Of a stretch of DNA of 64,000 nucleotides, positions 1 to 14,130 are shown piece by piece. The notes under the pieces were generated by a model. It worked only from the letters and a program-made list of their open reading frames with translations. It was not told the DNA's origin and ran no database searches. Origin of the DNA: Eledone cirrhosa (taxonomy: Eukaryota); contig OZ024740.1 of the NCBI GenBank assembly GCA_964016885.1, positions 338,892,001 to 338,956,000 of the forward strand. Reading direction: 5' to 3'. Each line of letters opens with the position of its first letter. The stretch's first letter is position 1. The position numbers were made by a program, and so were the translations under genes.

Positions 1-869
1 AAGGTCACTCTGATATAAAACCTGCGACTTCGTTTGCATCCAATGATGTAGGCCAGTTCTACTTTTCAGGCAAATGCATTCGATGTTCAGAGAGTGGGGT
101 TGGCCGCTTGCAAAGCCTTTCCTCACTTAAAAAAGCTTCAAGCACAGATATCGCTTGATATGTGATATGTTTTGCGATGTATGATATTGCTGGCCATAGG
201 TAAGTCTCTAGCATGACTAAAAAACCTTGTCTGCAATGCTTATGCTTAAGTATCAATCGATGGCATTATCCGAAATCAAGTTACAGCCATCATGTATGTA
301 TGTATGTGAGTATATGAATGTATATATGCATACGTGTATATATGTGTGTGTGCGTCTATGTCTGCATATATATATATATGGGGCAGAAGAACTCATAAGA
401 GTCAACGGCCATCTAAAAGTGTGTAAATATGTATATATACATGTACATATGTATGTATATGTGTATGTACATAGGTGCATGTGTGTGTATATACGCGGAG
501 ACATAGAAATAGTCGGGCTGAACACCCGATCGCGCGGTGAAACCACTGGGAGTGAAGGACCCCTAGCATTTGTCAGGGCATTCTTCTAGGAGAAGGCAAC
601 TCATGAAACTGAGATATCTCCGATATAGAACCTGCGGCTCAGTAGTAACCGATGATGTTGATCTTTTCTTCTTTTCGGGTTATAGCTATTGTTGCTCAAA
701 GAGTGGGATTGGCTCAGTGCACAGTCTTTCGTCACTTAAAAAAATATCTTCACGCACAAGCATTGCACGATAGAATTAATTAATAATTATTAATATATCG
801 TGCAATGGCCATACTCGATAACGAGGGGGCAGCCAACATATATATATATATATATATACATATATATAA

Positions 870-903
<34 letters not shown>

Positions 904-1189
904 TTGAAGGCATGTATATGTGCGAGTATATGTGTTTGACATTTGATATAGTCAATACTAAGCTGACCTCATTTCTTGGCAGTGGACTTGACTCAATTGC
1001 AATAAGCCACTTATTTGATTTATGTCCCTAATGAAATGGATATATCGATATATGGGTACAATTTCTGTATGACGATTTATTTCTTTTATTTATTTGTTCA
1101 CTTATTTCATTTGCACTTTTTTCTGTCTAATGTTTTTTATACCTTATCTATGTATCCCCTAAATGTCCTTTTGACCTCTAATAATTATA

Positions 1190-1350
1190 TCTTCTTCTTC
1201 TTCTTCTTCTTCTTCTTCTTCTTCTTCTTCTTCTTCTTCTTCACCCACATATTCCCGAGAGGCTCGTGGGGGCAGAATCCCCAAACTCTCCTACCAGTGG
1301 GTCCTGTCAGAAGCAACCGTCTCCAACTATATCTTTCTTATAAAACTTCC
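1190..1350 (-). mobile_element. 3' stub of a non-LTR retrotransposon (LINE) with (GAA)n tail
   Basis: Minus strand reads ...WETVASDRTHW*ESLGILPPRASREYVG into (GAA)n. The same 3' end (gattctgcccc.cgagcctc..ggaata...gg.gaagaagaag) recurs on + at ~1905-1965. Confidence 0.5.
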
Positions 1351-2271
1351 TGAACCATTGTTTCTGATAGTGAATGGTGAGATGGGTGTTTTGTCGAGGC
1401 TAATAATATGGAGTTACATTACTGGTATCGATTAGTGAATATATTGTTTGTATCATGGTTCATTTAACCTTTTGAAACGATCGTAAAACCATGGATTAAT
1501 TAACCACTGAACCTCGACATTTTTTGGTTTTATAGTTTAAGCTATATATCTAAATGTAGTTCTTTGAATACTCAACGTGTAATCAAATACTATTCTTCCA
1601 GAAAAACAGATTTCACCTTCTTTCGATGAGTTATTCATATCCCTATTACATTGAGCTCTAACAACATCATATTCCCTACCTTAATTAGGTATTTCAAGCC
1701 GCCAAGGAGAAGAGAAAGACTGAAAACGATAAACGAAGATATGAACTCATTTATATTTCCATACGTATGTAGACCATGTTCTCTTATACCATATTCTTAT
1801 TATTATACACCTTGACTCCATTATAAATTTTATACACTTCTATAGTATGAAGAAGCCTACAACTATTGGCTGAAACCGGTACGATAAATTCCTTTTTTGT
1901 AAATTTGGTATTTGAAGATTCTGCCCCTCGAGCCTCGCAGGAATACATAGGCGAAGAAGAAGAATACATAAATGTTTTGCTGTTATTCTATGAGAAAACC
2001 CCATTAGCATGTTCTACTATTTTTCTTATTTTACTAATATATATAAATATATATGGTTTGGGAGATAGACCCCCATAACCACATATATTCTGAAACTACA
2101 TTGCCCAGGGTACTTGGATCAGTATATTTCAATTTAATCAAAGGGTTCTCAGGGGGGGGGGTGCACAAACCTCGGATTACATTTATTGTATTCAGCCATG
2201 TAGAGCGAAATTTTATTTTTTATTTGAATTTGGCAAAGCCGGCCATGTATCGCTCCTATACAGGAAACTGA

Positions 2272-2415
2272 CTGGCCAGTCTGCTGATATGCTAATCTGG
2301 CTGATCAGTGGATCTGCTAATATACAGATCTGACTGATCAGCCAGTCTGCTGATATGCAAATCTGGCTGATCAGTGGATCTGCTAATATGCAGATCTGAC
2401 TGATCAGGCCGATCA
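2272..2415. repeat. 33-bp minisatellite, ~4 units alternating as a 66-bp dimer
   Basis: Units cagtctgctgatatgc.aatctggctgatcagt / ggatctgctaatat.cagatctgactgatcag. The ORF track shows matching 11-aa repeats (DQSDLHISRST). Confidence 0.85.
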
Positions 2416-2482
2416 GTCACAGTGTATTTTTGAAAATAGCATATATTTTCACTAGCTCTGACAGTTTGGCAGGTGAACAGTG

Positions 2483-2530
2483 AGCTGTACTGATGAAGGG
2501 TGATATCCAGAAACATTAGTGTCTACAGTT
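2483..2530 (+). ncRNA. Type I hammerhead ribozyme motif
   Basis: CTGTA-CTGATGA-a-GGGT gat ATCC-a-GAAA-CA ttag TG-TC-TACAG: canonical core, three stems, GUC cleavage triplet. Confidence 0.75.
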
Positions 2531-3676
2531 CTGTTCGCATGCCAGCACAAGAGCAAGAATGAAGTGTTCATTCTACTGACATGGCTATAAAATTGAGGCT
2601 TGTTTGCATAATTGCAAACGAATCGAATGTTATTGTTAATATTCGAAAAACTCAGATTACATTTATTATATATATATACAGACACAATTTATTTTAATAC
2701 TTATCACCCACCCAATTTAGCCTTATGACAACATCATCTATAATACAGATCCAATCGTATAATGTTCATTTAAATTAGCTATGGATATACAAACTTCATA
2801 TGATCGTAAAATAATAAGAAACGTCCATAAAATCATTACTAGTAATAAGCACGAAAGACAACATATGTTAAGTCCTTAAACACTCGATACGTAAAATATA
2901 TTTAATATACTAAATACACATTAACCGTGATTGTTCACTTAAATAACTTTCCTATTTATTCAATTAATTAATATAATAAAAATGTTCGATATAGATTTAC
3001 ATCACCTGTAACAACTATTAAAGCAAATATTCTATGGGGTTGTCGTTATAAATAAACAACTACGGAATAAAACAGCCTTCTGTGAATATCTATATATTAG
3101 AAAAGTCATTAGTAGGTTGGGTGGAATACCTTACGGTAATCGTCCCGTCTGCTTGCACTCTGAGTTCAAAACCCATCGATGTCAACTTTACCTTTCATAT
3201 ATATTATAATATATATTATATTATTCCTATATCTGGAATGTAAGATGCACTTATTTTTAATCGGAAACGTTAATGTTAAAATCAGCTTACATTCCTCCTA
3301 TATACTGGGTAGTATCGTTAGAGCTTTAAATATTTGTTCTGTCTCATGTTTTGAGTTCAAATCCCACTGTGGATATCCTTTATCGATCTATAAAGAAAGT
3401 ACCAAACCAGTGCTGTCACAACCTGAATGTCCCACTCGATCAAGTGAAGGAAGGTTGAGAGTTGTCTATGTCTGTTCGCCGCATCAGGAGACCTAAAACA
3501 TTTTGCGAAAGATGGTATACACTACCCAGTTATACTCGATTTCGAAGGACACCTGTGGTAGATTTAATGTCCAGGAGCCATGTATAAGTTTAGCTGTATA
3601 TTAACTTTTTCTCCAGATTTTTTTCTTCAAAAGATGAGTGCCTTTTATATGGTATTTATATAGTAAAATAATAATG

Positions 3677-6600
3677 GTTTTTGATTTAGGCACAAGGCCA
3701 ACAATTTTGGAGAAAAAGAAAATTGATTAAATCGACCCCCGTACTAGTAAAATGCGAAATATAATAATGATTTTTAACATATACAAAAGACCAGCAAATT
3801 GAGGGAAGAGAGAAATTGATTAAATTGAATTCAGTTATTAAATGATACTTTATTTTATTAACCTCGGAAGGATGTAAGGCAAAGTTGACCACGGTGGGAT
3901 TTGAACTCAGAACGTAAAGAACGAGAATAAATGCCATTAAGTATATATATATAACAAATATATTCCTAAAATATAATGCAAAGCCATTAATCATAAGAAG
4001 GGACTCATGATGTGGAATAGTTGATATAGTGGAAATTTCTGGCTGTTATCTGCCGCAATACTTTCGCCATCTTGTCCGCGGCGTGCAGTTAAGTTATGCC
4101 ATCAAGCCAAATGATATAGACTTTGCATCCTATCCATTCCTTCCCTCACTCTTTTTTAATTTTTTCTTTTTTTACTTTTTTTTCTTTCAGTTTGTCACTT
4201 TGTAAATTGCTGAGAAACATTTCGTGTTTCTATAGAAAACACCCTCATCAACAATTAATATAATAATAATTGTTTCTACTTTAGACACAAGGCCGACAGG
4301 TTGAAGGGAAGGGAAAAGTCGATTAGATTGACTCCAATGAGTTATTGGTACTGTTGGGACTAATAAATCAGTTGTTCTATTTAGTATTCCAGCCTGTAAG
4401 GAAAGTAAAGCCATTTTACCATCGGAACGATTTTAACTTGACCGTAGGGTCGCTATGTTTGTAATAATGGTTTCTGATTTAAGAACAAGGCCAGCAATTT
4501 TGGGAGAGGGGAAAGTCGGTTAAATCGATCCCAGTGCATTACTGGTGCTTTATTCTATCGACCCCGTAAGGATGAAAGGCAAAGCTAACATCGGCGGGAT
4601 TTGAACACAGACCGTAAAGGACCGTAACTCTATGCAGCAAAGCATAGTGTCGGACGGTGTACCGATTCTGCCGATCCACTGCTCTTAATAATGATTTCTA
4701 CTATAGGTATAAGGCCAACAATTGGGGAGAGGGTGGAAAGTCGATTAAATCGATTCCACTGCGTTATTGGTACTTATTTTATCGACTCCGTAAGGATGAA
4801 AAGCAAAATTGACCACCGCGAGTTTTCAACTCAGCAAGTAAAGAGCCGAGACAAATATTGCTAAGCATTTGTTCGAATTAAAAGAAAAATCTAATTTTTA
4901 CAAATAATTGTTTCTACTTTTGGCTCAAGGCCAGCAATTACCCAGTGCATTACTGGTACTTTATTTTATCGACCCCGTAAGGATGAAAGGCAAAGTTAAC
5001 CTCGGCGGGATTTGAACTCAGATCGTAAAGGGACGTAACTATGCTGCAAAGCATGGCGTCCGGCTCGCCACCGATACTGCCAATCCACCATTTCAATTTT
5101 TACAAATAATATTTCTTATTAGATCCCATTTGAACCATATATACTATAATGTTTTAAAATTTAATGAAAATGTCAAATTCTTTCAAAAACATACGCTTCT
5201 GAATTTTATAACATTTATATAATAAGCATCCTACCTCCTTTCGCAAATACATGCCATTCCTCAATTACCTTTTCGAAAGACACCTTTAAAAGTAAATCAT
5301 ACTGGTTTCTGCCTGTTGCCACAGTGAACCAGTTAGAGTCGAAACAGAACATTGCAACAATCAATTCTATACAAAAGTTTAATTCATACACGTGCACACA
5401 CTTCATATATATATGGTTTCTGATTTAATTACAAGGCCAACAATTTTTGGGGAGGGGAAAGTCGTTTTAAATTGACCCCAGTGCGTTACTGGTAATTTAT
5501 TTTATCGACTCCATAAGAATGAAAGGCAAAGCTACCTCGGCGGGATTCGAACTCAGAACGTAAAGAGCCGAAACTCAATGCCACAAGGAATAGTGTCCGA
5601 CGCTCTACTATTACTGCCAATCGATCGTCCTCACACTTCATATATATGAATGCAGTTATGTAAGAAATATTTTCCAACTGTGAGGTTGAACAATAAAAGC
5701 TTCTTTATACGTAAGTCAACTTTAGATACACACATACTGCGTGATAAAATTCAAAGAAACATAGAATAGTCGAACGTATAAAATGCCCGATTAACAATAA
5801 TAATGTTCTGAGTTCGATCTCACTGCATGTAATCTTAAACTGGATCTTTTAACATAGCCTCGAGTCCACCCAAGACATGTGGGTTAAATTCGGTAGATGG
5901 AAACTTTAGAAGCCCGTCGCATAGACAGTACTTGAAATTCAAAAGGTTGCTGTGTCACGCTGAATCTTCCTGAGAATTACGTAAATGGTATACGTATCTG
6001 TAGAATGCTCAGCCACTCTCGCACGTTCATTTCATGAACAGATTGTTTCGATAACCGAACAACTGAAACATTCATCGTAGAAAATGACAGAGGTCTATTC
6101 AATTCGTTTCCAATAGAATTGAAATGTTCTAAAACTAAAGTGATAATTCGGAATATACTCATCCAATTGTTATCTTTAAAATATTCAATATGGAATATAC
6201 CTAAACGACTGCATTCCTACGTTGAACTGTTTCAACTGCCAAAATTCAATTGTTTCAACGTTGATAATTCGTGAAAAGTTGCAATTTATTTCGAACATCG
6301 CTGTCCAACCCTGCTGATGACTTTAACAATACACTGTGAATAGAATTTGGTAGACAGAACCAGTATAGAAACTTCTCGTATATACAATTTCCATAAATTA
6401 CACTTGCCTGCAATAAAGTAGGCAGTACAAAACGCCAACAAAATGAACAGCAAATGACTTTATAAGGTAATACGACAAAAATGTTTTTTTTTTCTAAAAC
6501 TTGAAAAACATTGTCGTGTATAATAATTGTTTCTACTTTTGGCACAAGGCCAGCAATTATCCCAGTGTATTACTGGTACTTTATTTTATCGACCCCGCAA

Positions 6601-6696
6601 GGATGAAAGACAAAGTTAACCTCGGCGGTATTTGAACTCAGAATGGCAATGCTGCAAAGCATGGCGACCGACCCTCTACCGATACTGCCAATCCAC
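3677..6696 (-). mobile_element. Cluster of ~6 co-oriented copies of a tRNA-derived SINE (approx. 3677-3935, 4468-4683, 4692-4870, 4905-5090, 5415-5630, 6525-6696)
   Basis: Repeated ~190-bp unit. The sense strand has A-box TGGCAGTATCGG, B-box GAGTTCAAATCC and 3' end ...ggccttgtgccaaaagtagaaacaatta. It resembles the abundant Octopus SINE. Confidence 0.85.
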
Positions 6697-6748
6697 AAAA
6701 GCTGTTTCCCATATATTCAAATGCACACACACACACACGCACACACGC

Positions 6749-6850
<102 letters not shown>

Positions 6851-6993
6851 CCGGAAACTTATAATAAATTGAAGTGAAAACCAACAGGGGCGTGTGTTTT
6901 TATTGGCAGCATGATCTTCCCAAATTATAACAATATATCTTTCAACAAACATTTTCAGATAAGAAATCTGGTAAAACAAATTCAAAAACGAAT

Positions 6994-7045
<52 letters not shown>

Positions 7046-8071
7046 TGTGTGTGTGTGTGTGTGTGTGTGTCTGATGGTAGCTAAGATGCTTTCATAGGTG
7101 GTATGCCGGTTGAGCACACTATGCTCTTACAGAGCAGAGTATAATAGAATAGAAAACGAAAAATCAGTGATGGATCTGAACTCAATTTATTGTGTGTTAC
7201 AATTGTTTCCCCGGCGGACAGCTCGAGACGCGATCATTGTGTGGATCTGTCTGATTCTGGACCCACAGGTTCGATGGATACGTCTAATGATTTCGGAGCA
7301 TATTCTTTCACTGGGGTATCTGACCCTCTGGGCCAAGTACCGTCAAAAACTTCATCCTCTTCGCGCGTCCTGTGATTGGCCGCTGGATATCGACGTCACC
7401 ATAATTCTGACCACAGGTACCAGTCTGCTGACCATCAGGGCGTTAGCTGTCACATGTGGACCCCATCGCGTACCGTTGTAGTTGTTGTAGAAGAGACAGG
7501 AAGACAACAACTGGAAAGTTTGATTTTCTACTTTATCATTTACTTCTGATTATGTTTATAATATACATTTGTTGTTAATAGACTTCAATAAATGGAGAAT
7601 AGTGAATTTGGAGTGTCAATCCCTTGTATTTTTTTTTTTTTTTTTTTTCCAATATCGGACTTACCGTTTTCCAGGATTTATAGAATCAATTGTTTTTCTT
7701 TTTCTTTCAAAAGGATGGAGGCGTTTTATCTCCTCATGGATGTTCGTCATCTATGGGTTATTCATATGTATTATTTCATAACTCCATAGAACGTTTAGAA
7801 TGTTTGTGCAGTGTTCTGTGTCCAGCCAGGTTTGTACAACAGGTAAGAAAAATGATGATTCGGTTTCTTCTGATAGGAGCCTCTTCCACGTCGGAAGATC
7901 GAAGTGTGTTTTCTTGTCTTCTTCAATACTTTCAGAAACGGCTTCGGAGATTTAAAATTTATGTTTCCATTGGTGCTTCCATTTCCACACGGTTCTATTG
8001 TCTTATTGATTTTGTATTCTTGGTGTTGGATTAAATGCTTTAATAATTATTGTAGGTGGCTTTAGAAATGA

Positions 8072-9725
8072 CTAGCAGATTTACTCGGCGTTGCTCGGGG
8101 TTTGAAATTATGCTAAGAATATACACCTAGGAAGTAAAAAAAAGAACATTATTTGCCCACAACCTAAATAAGCAGAAGTTTTCAATAATTAATGCAAACG
8201 AATATTTAGTGCAATCTTTGTACACATAAAACTATGTTGATAATGAAGGAAAACACTGAACAAGATGTAGTTATACAAATGATTAAAGACAATACACGTT
8301 GCAAATCTGTAAAAAAACAGGCAGTTTTGCTAAAGTACAAAAAGTTATAATGAAAGCAGAGTTGTATACAAACAAAAAAAAACAATGAGAGTAGAATAAG
8401 AGAAAATCTATTCTTTGAGAGCATCCTTTGCTGTGTATGGTTAAATTTTTAACTTATAATCCAAAATATCCTGCATGACATATTCATTGGTATGTTTTGT
8501 AATGAGTAAGGTGAAGTCAAGGCAGAGCGGTAATAAGTTTTTTTTGTTAACACTAAAGCACTTCAGGATAGACGATATTCTTTGTTTTTCTTTTCGGAAC
8601 AAACGCAAAGAGATTATCTCAACTGCCAACTCGTGAGCAGGCAACGTAGAATTGCACGTGCGAAAAGCAAGGTTCATCCAAGGGAATTCCAGTGAGGGAC
8701 AGAGTTTGACCTTGCGACTTGTTTATGGACATCGCAAAGGCAACACGAAGGGGAAATTGGGTTCGGCGAAAGGAGAAGGGAGTATCCACGCCTGATGTAG
8801 TCAAGCTAATTTTTGTTATTATCACATCCTCGCCTTTTCCACATCCGGATAGAATGGTAGCGTCAATACTAAGTGGAGACAGTTTTTTAACCACAAGGCG
8901 TGTACCATTGCATAGTTTTGGAGGAGTGATATTTCTCGGCAAAATAACTGGCGTTCCCTCTTTCAGAACCAATGTATTAGGATGTAAACCAGGAGGATTT
9001 AAAGAATTTAGAAATTCAACTGGATAGTTGACCGCATCCTGTGGATCACATACAGTATCATTAGATTTATATATCCGTGGACATCCAGGAAGAATCCTGT
9101 TCAGTATGTTCCTTCATTGTCAAAAAAGTGTGATGTGTATGAATACAGCTGGAAGCATAGATAATACCTGCCTCAAATGTGGACGAAATTACTTTAAAAA
9201 TGTAAAAACTGTAGGTCCCAATGGTTTGAATGGAAAGTCCCATAAGGATTGTTCTAAAAATAAACAAACCATCATCAAAATCTCGTCAATTCGAGACTGC
9301 CGCGAGATTAGGTCCTTACCGCGAAAATTAACACTTAATATAGTGAAACAAGTTAAAACAACAAATGTTTTTTTTTAACTTTGAAAGTACAACAAAGAAT
9401 AAAAAGAAACAAACGATAATATGAATCTGATGTTTATATTTCTGAAATTTCGTCCGACGATGATTGTTGTTTTAAAATTGAAAACGAAGGTCTCCATATC
9501 TCACTCTCTTTATAAGGATTGTCAATAAAGTTGGTTATCTCCCTTACATCAATTTTGCTACCGATAATTTTGATATCGATTTTTTATTGCTCATCGTGGG
9601 TCGATTGGAAAAAGTTTTTGTGATGTGACCATCTTAGCGACCTGTGCGGTTGGTAATTATAAAAGCCTTAGGTATACAAAGTTGTACACAGACACACACA
9701 CATCCTCGCTTTATATATATAAAGA
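8072..9725 (-). mobile_element. Internally deleted Helitron carrying a Pif1-helicase fragment
   Basis: The minus strand starts TCTTTATATATATAAAG and ends with a GC-rich subterminal hairpin-like motif (ccgagcaacgccgag) plus CTAG. Internal RepHel helicase motifs are present. Confidence 0.8.
8619..9130 (-). pseudogene. Helitron RepHel Pif1-like helicase C-terminal fragment
   Basis: [47 protein letters not shown] motifs. Confidence 0.9.
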
Positions 9726-10228
9726 CTAGCAGAAAACCACCCGGTGGGCGGTTTTCTGCTAGCAAATCTAGTGTATATACTGATATTGTTGAGATTTGGA
9801 TGAGAAATGTTTTCGGCACCACATGTTCACCGTCTCTCGGTGTGTCTTTTATGCATGTATAAATATATGTTATCTATACGGTGAAATCTTTGAAATAAAT
9901 ATATGTTAAAACGAAAAAGGAGAAAAAGAGATTAGTGACGGAAATATAAACGTTATGATACATAAACGTTATGATATAACGATGGAAATATATCTTCAAA
10001 TGGTCCTTGGCATGGTGTCAAGTCAGAACCGCCTCGAACTGGTTACTTCTGGCTTGTGCAAGGTGTCTCTATAGCAACCAGCGATTCCCTCGGCCTCAGT
10101 GACCAAAGTCAGTGGAGAGGGGAAGGCAATGTTTCTATAGCGACAGTGTTTCTCTTGATAGTACCAAAGTGGAGAAAGGAAGGGCACGGTAATATTTCTG
10201 TAGCACCTACATTTGAGTTTTAGGGAAG

Positions 10229-10262
<34 letters not shown>

Positions 10263-10280
10263 GAAATGCCCATATATTTC

Positions 10281-10355
<75 letters not shown>

Positions 10356-10398
10356 CACACACAGAAATGTATATATAGTTCTGTGTGTGTATATATAT

Positions 10399-10430
<32 letters not shown>

Positions 10431-10578
10431 TACACACACAGAAATGTATATATATTTCTTAGAACAAAATTATTATTAATGTTTTGCTGTTCATAACAAT
10501 TGGAATTGAAAAATTACTTTTGAAATTATTAGTTATTTTACTAATGCTGAGATATGTAAAAATGAAGCAATGTTTCTA

Positions 10579-10770
10579 ATAATTGTTTCTACTTTTGGCA
10601 CAAGGCCAGCAATTACCCAGTACATTACTGGTACTTTATTTTATCGACCCCGTGAGGATGAAAGGCAAAGTTAACCTCGGCGGTATTTGAACTCAGACCG
10701 TAAAGGGACGTAACTCCATGCTATGAAGCATGGTGTCCGATTCTCTACAGATTCTGCCAATCCACCGCCC
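10579..10770 (-). mobile_element. tRNA-derived SINE, full-length
   Basis: Same family as the 3677-6696 cluster; A and B boxes intact. Confidence 0.85.
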
Positions 10771-11799
10771 TAATGTCTGTACGTAATGAGGAAGTGAGAG
10801 GGGAGAGAAAGAAAGGCAGAGGTGAAGTGACGAAGTGACTCTCTCCTCCTCCTCTTCCATCTCCCCATTCGTCACAGCGATAGAGGGGAGGAATGTTAGT
10901 GTGTTACAAAGAGAAAGAGTGAGAGTGAGAGAAACAGACAGACTAAAAGAGAGGGATAGCTGGAGAGAGAGAGGGATAGCAACCACGCGCGCACGTGTTT
11001 CCACTGTCGGACAGACAGACAGAGAAATTGCTGGTTATATATTATAAGGAGATTTGCATCAAGGTATTAGACTTTCTTACGAGCTATGTTTTGTTTTCAA
11101 CCTAACACGGCGCAATTTTTTTTATTTGGGTTGATATCACAATCTGAACTCAAGAAATACATACAAAGGTATTATATATAGTTAAGTTGTATATATGAAA
11201 AGTGGCATAAAAAATTTGATAAATATATTTTTGTATCAACCTATGTATATCTCAATATTTCTATCCAACTACATTTTCAGTCATATGTATCTATGATTTT
11301 CTCTTAGAAATTCTTCGCGGAATTCAAACTAATTGACAACAAAGTACAGCTGTGTTTGGTTGTTCATCTACGCGCGCGCGCGCACACACAGACACACACA
11401 CACACAAGCACAGAGATAATGACAGTCATACGCATAGTCGCTCGCTATACACACACATTTAAGGAGAACATATATATATATATATGTACGCACACATATA
11501 TATATAGAAGGTTTGACTCAAAATTAAATAGTAGGGTACTGATGTTTTATTTAGATGTATATTTAACGTACTTAAAATTACAATCTATCTCTTTCCAAAT
11601 CTGACCACTGGGATGTCGCCGCACAATGGTTCCAACGGTTTCTTCATGTTCTGTTATATAGCGGTTCGACAAAGATCGATCGTTAAAATATATACCAGGC
11701 AGAAATAGGTACTTGCAAGTAGTGCTCCAGCATGGCCGTGATCCAATCACTGAAACCAGTAACAAATACAAGAATGAATAAACATAATCTATCTCATCG

Positions 11800-11998
11800 T
11801 CATCATCTTCATTCTCCTCCTCTTCATCCCCTCGACCTCCTCATCATCTTTATCATCAACATCGTCATCAGCAGCACGGCTACCATGACTACCATTACGA
11901 CTATCATCATTCTCACAGTTACCACCACAACCACCATGACCCCCATCAACACCATTATTACTCCCACGGCTATTATCATCATCACTAATTTCACAACC

Positions 11999-12032
<34 letters not shown>

Positions 12033-12200
12033 TCGTCATCATCACTACTTCCAAAATCACCACCACCACCATCGCCATCATCATCATCATCATCATCATC
12101 GTATTCAACATCATCATCATCATCATCATCATCATCACTACTTCCAAAACCACCACCATCATCATCGTCATCATTATCATCATCATCATCGTCATCTCTT
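11800..12200. repeat. (CAT/CAC)n trinucleotide low-complexity tract
   Basis: Directly visible; gives artefactual poly-Ile/Thr/Met ORFs. Confidence 0.9.
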
Positions 12201-12571
12201 TCTTCTATTACTCCTACTACTCCTCACACTGTTGCCTCTTTATTTCGTGTTTTATCTTCTATTCTGTTTTCTTTTTTTTTTACATATTCTCCCCCCTCTT
12301 CCTCCTCTTCCCTTCCCCTTCTCATTCCCCCTCTCCCTCACCCCTTCTCCTGCTACCACCTCTAACACCGTCTGTCCGTAGTTTCTATCCAGCAGCTTTT
12401 TCTTTCAAACGGAAGTTTAGTTTGATCGTTAATCCTGCCTTATTCCATATTCCATATGTCAGTCAGATATGTCGCTGTTAACAGCTCTTACGGTCAAACA
12501 TCTCTTACAATCCAGTCAACTTATCATTCTTCCATTACTTTTTCGGTACATCAGAGTTATTAACAAGCGTC

Positions 12572-12626
<55 letters not shown>

Positions 12627-12789
12627 CATCTCTCCCTCACTTTCCCTCTCCCACCTCTCTCTGCTCTCTCTCGCTTTCCCTCTCCCCCTCTATGACTCTC
12701 TCTGCTCTCTTTTTACCCCCCTCTATCTGCCCTCTCCGTCTCCCCCTCTCTTTCTCTGCTCTCTCTCTATCTCTCTCTCTATCTCTGCA

Positions 12790-12864
<75 letters not shown>

Positions 12865-13243
12865 CCCCTCTCTCTTTCTCTGCTCTATCTATCTCACTCA
12901 AATAAACTCTTACATCTATCTATCACTCACTCTTCTATCACTTTGCCAATACATCAACGTTAACAGATGTCTGCTTTCTCACACACACAAACACTTAAAT
13001 CCATCTATAACACTTCTATCGCTTTAACAGTGCGTCTACGTTAACAGGCGTCTCTTTCTCTACCTCTACCTGTCTGTCTGCCCTACACTTCTCTTTCTTA
13101 CACACGTATTTTGCCATATAACATACAGAGCATGTTTTGCAAAATTTGTTGTCTGTAGAGTGTCTCAGTCTCTGTGTAAGTGTATGTATCCGTGTGTGTG
13201 TGTGAGAGAGAGACAGGGGGGGGGGGGGCGTTAGAGAGATAGA

Positions 13244-13320
<77 letters not shown>

Positions 13321-13952
13321 TCCAGTGATTGAAAAATATAATAACAAGGAAAAGAAGAAAGTGGAAGAAGAGGTGTGAGCGGAACCTGGAGAAAGATTGA
13401 CAACATCGCATATTGTTGTTACAGTGGAGAGTCCGATGCTGACGTATACAGATAGACAAACAGACAGATAGGACGAGAAAGAAAGAAAGAAAGAAAGAGA
13501 GAAACAGAGATATACAGACATACAGATAGAGGGAGAGAGAGAGGGTGCAGACGACACAGTGCATCGTGTGACCAACAGACAAATGAAAACACAATATTAT
13601 GTTAAGTCTGTTAGTAATGTCTTTAATGGATGGTAAAAGTTATAATTTCATTTTAATACTATATAATAAACATGTTTAGGAAAATGTTTCGGAATATATG
13701 ATATTCAGTAGAGTACGTAATGAGATAACAAACCTAGCGTGACTATTAGTCTAAGAGTTTCATACATCTTTTGTTTCTTGGATTGAAAAATTCCTGTTAG
13801 ATCGCATCATCGCAGCGTGCACTGACAGAGCTTACTCATTCAATCAAATCTGGTACTCTCCAAAGTTCGTTTATAGACTTCACACTCTTCTTCCTGTCAG
13901 GGCCGAAGCTACCATTAAAGCCAACTATGTAGCTGTCGACGATGCAGACCTC

Positions 13953-14130
13953 AGATTGGTGCATTAGGGTCGGACGCCATGCTTTGTCGCATAGCGTTAC
14001 GGCCCGTTATGATGTGAGTTCAAATCCCGCCGAGGTTAACTTTGCCTTTCATCCTTACGGGGTTAATAAAATAAAATACCAATAATTCACTGGGGTAATT
14101 GCTGGCCTTGTGCAAAAAGTAGAAACAATT
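13953..14130 (+). mobile_element. tRNA-derived SINE
   Basis: B-box gagttcaaatcc and family 3' end agaaacaatt. Confidence 0.85.

Noticed and set aside
1905-1965. TTGAAGA plus a stem, as an HHR
   Set aside because: Better explained as a LINE 3' stub homologous to 1190-1290.
2272-2415. CRISPR-like regular repeats
   Set aside because: Contiguous units without unique spacers, no cas genes, eukaryotic context.
11732-12481. 249-aa Ile/Thr-rich ORF resembling a membrane protein
   Set aside because: Product of a (CAT/CAC)n tract; no domain signal.
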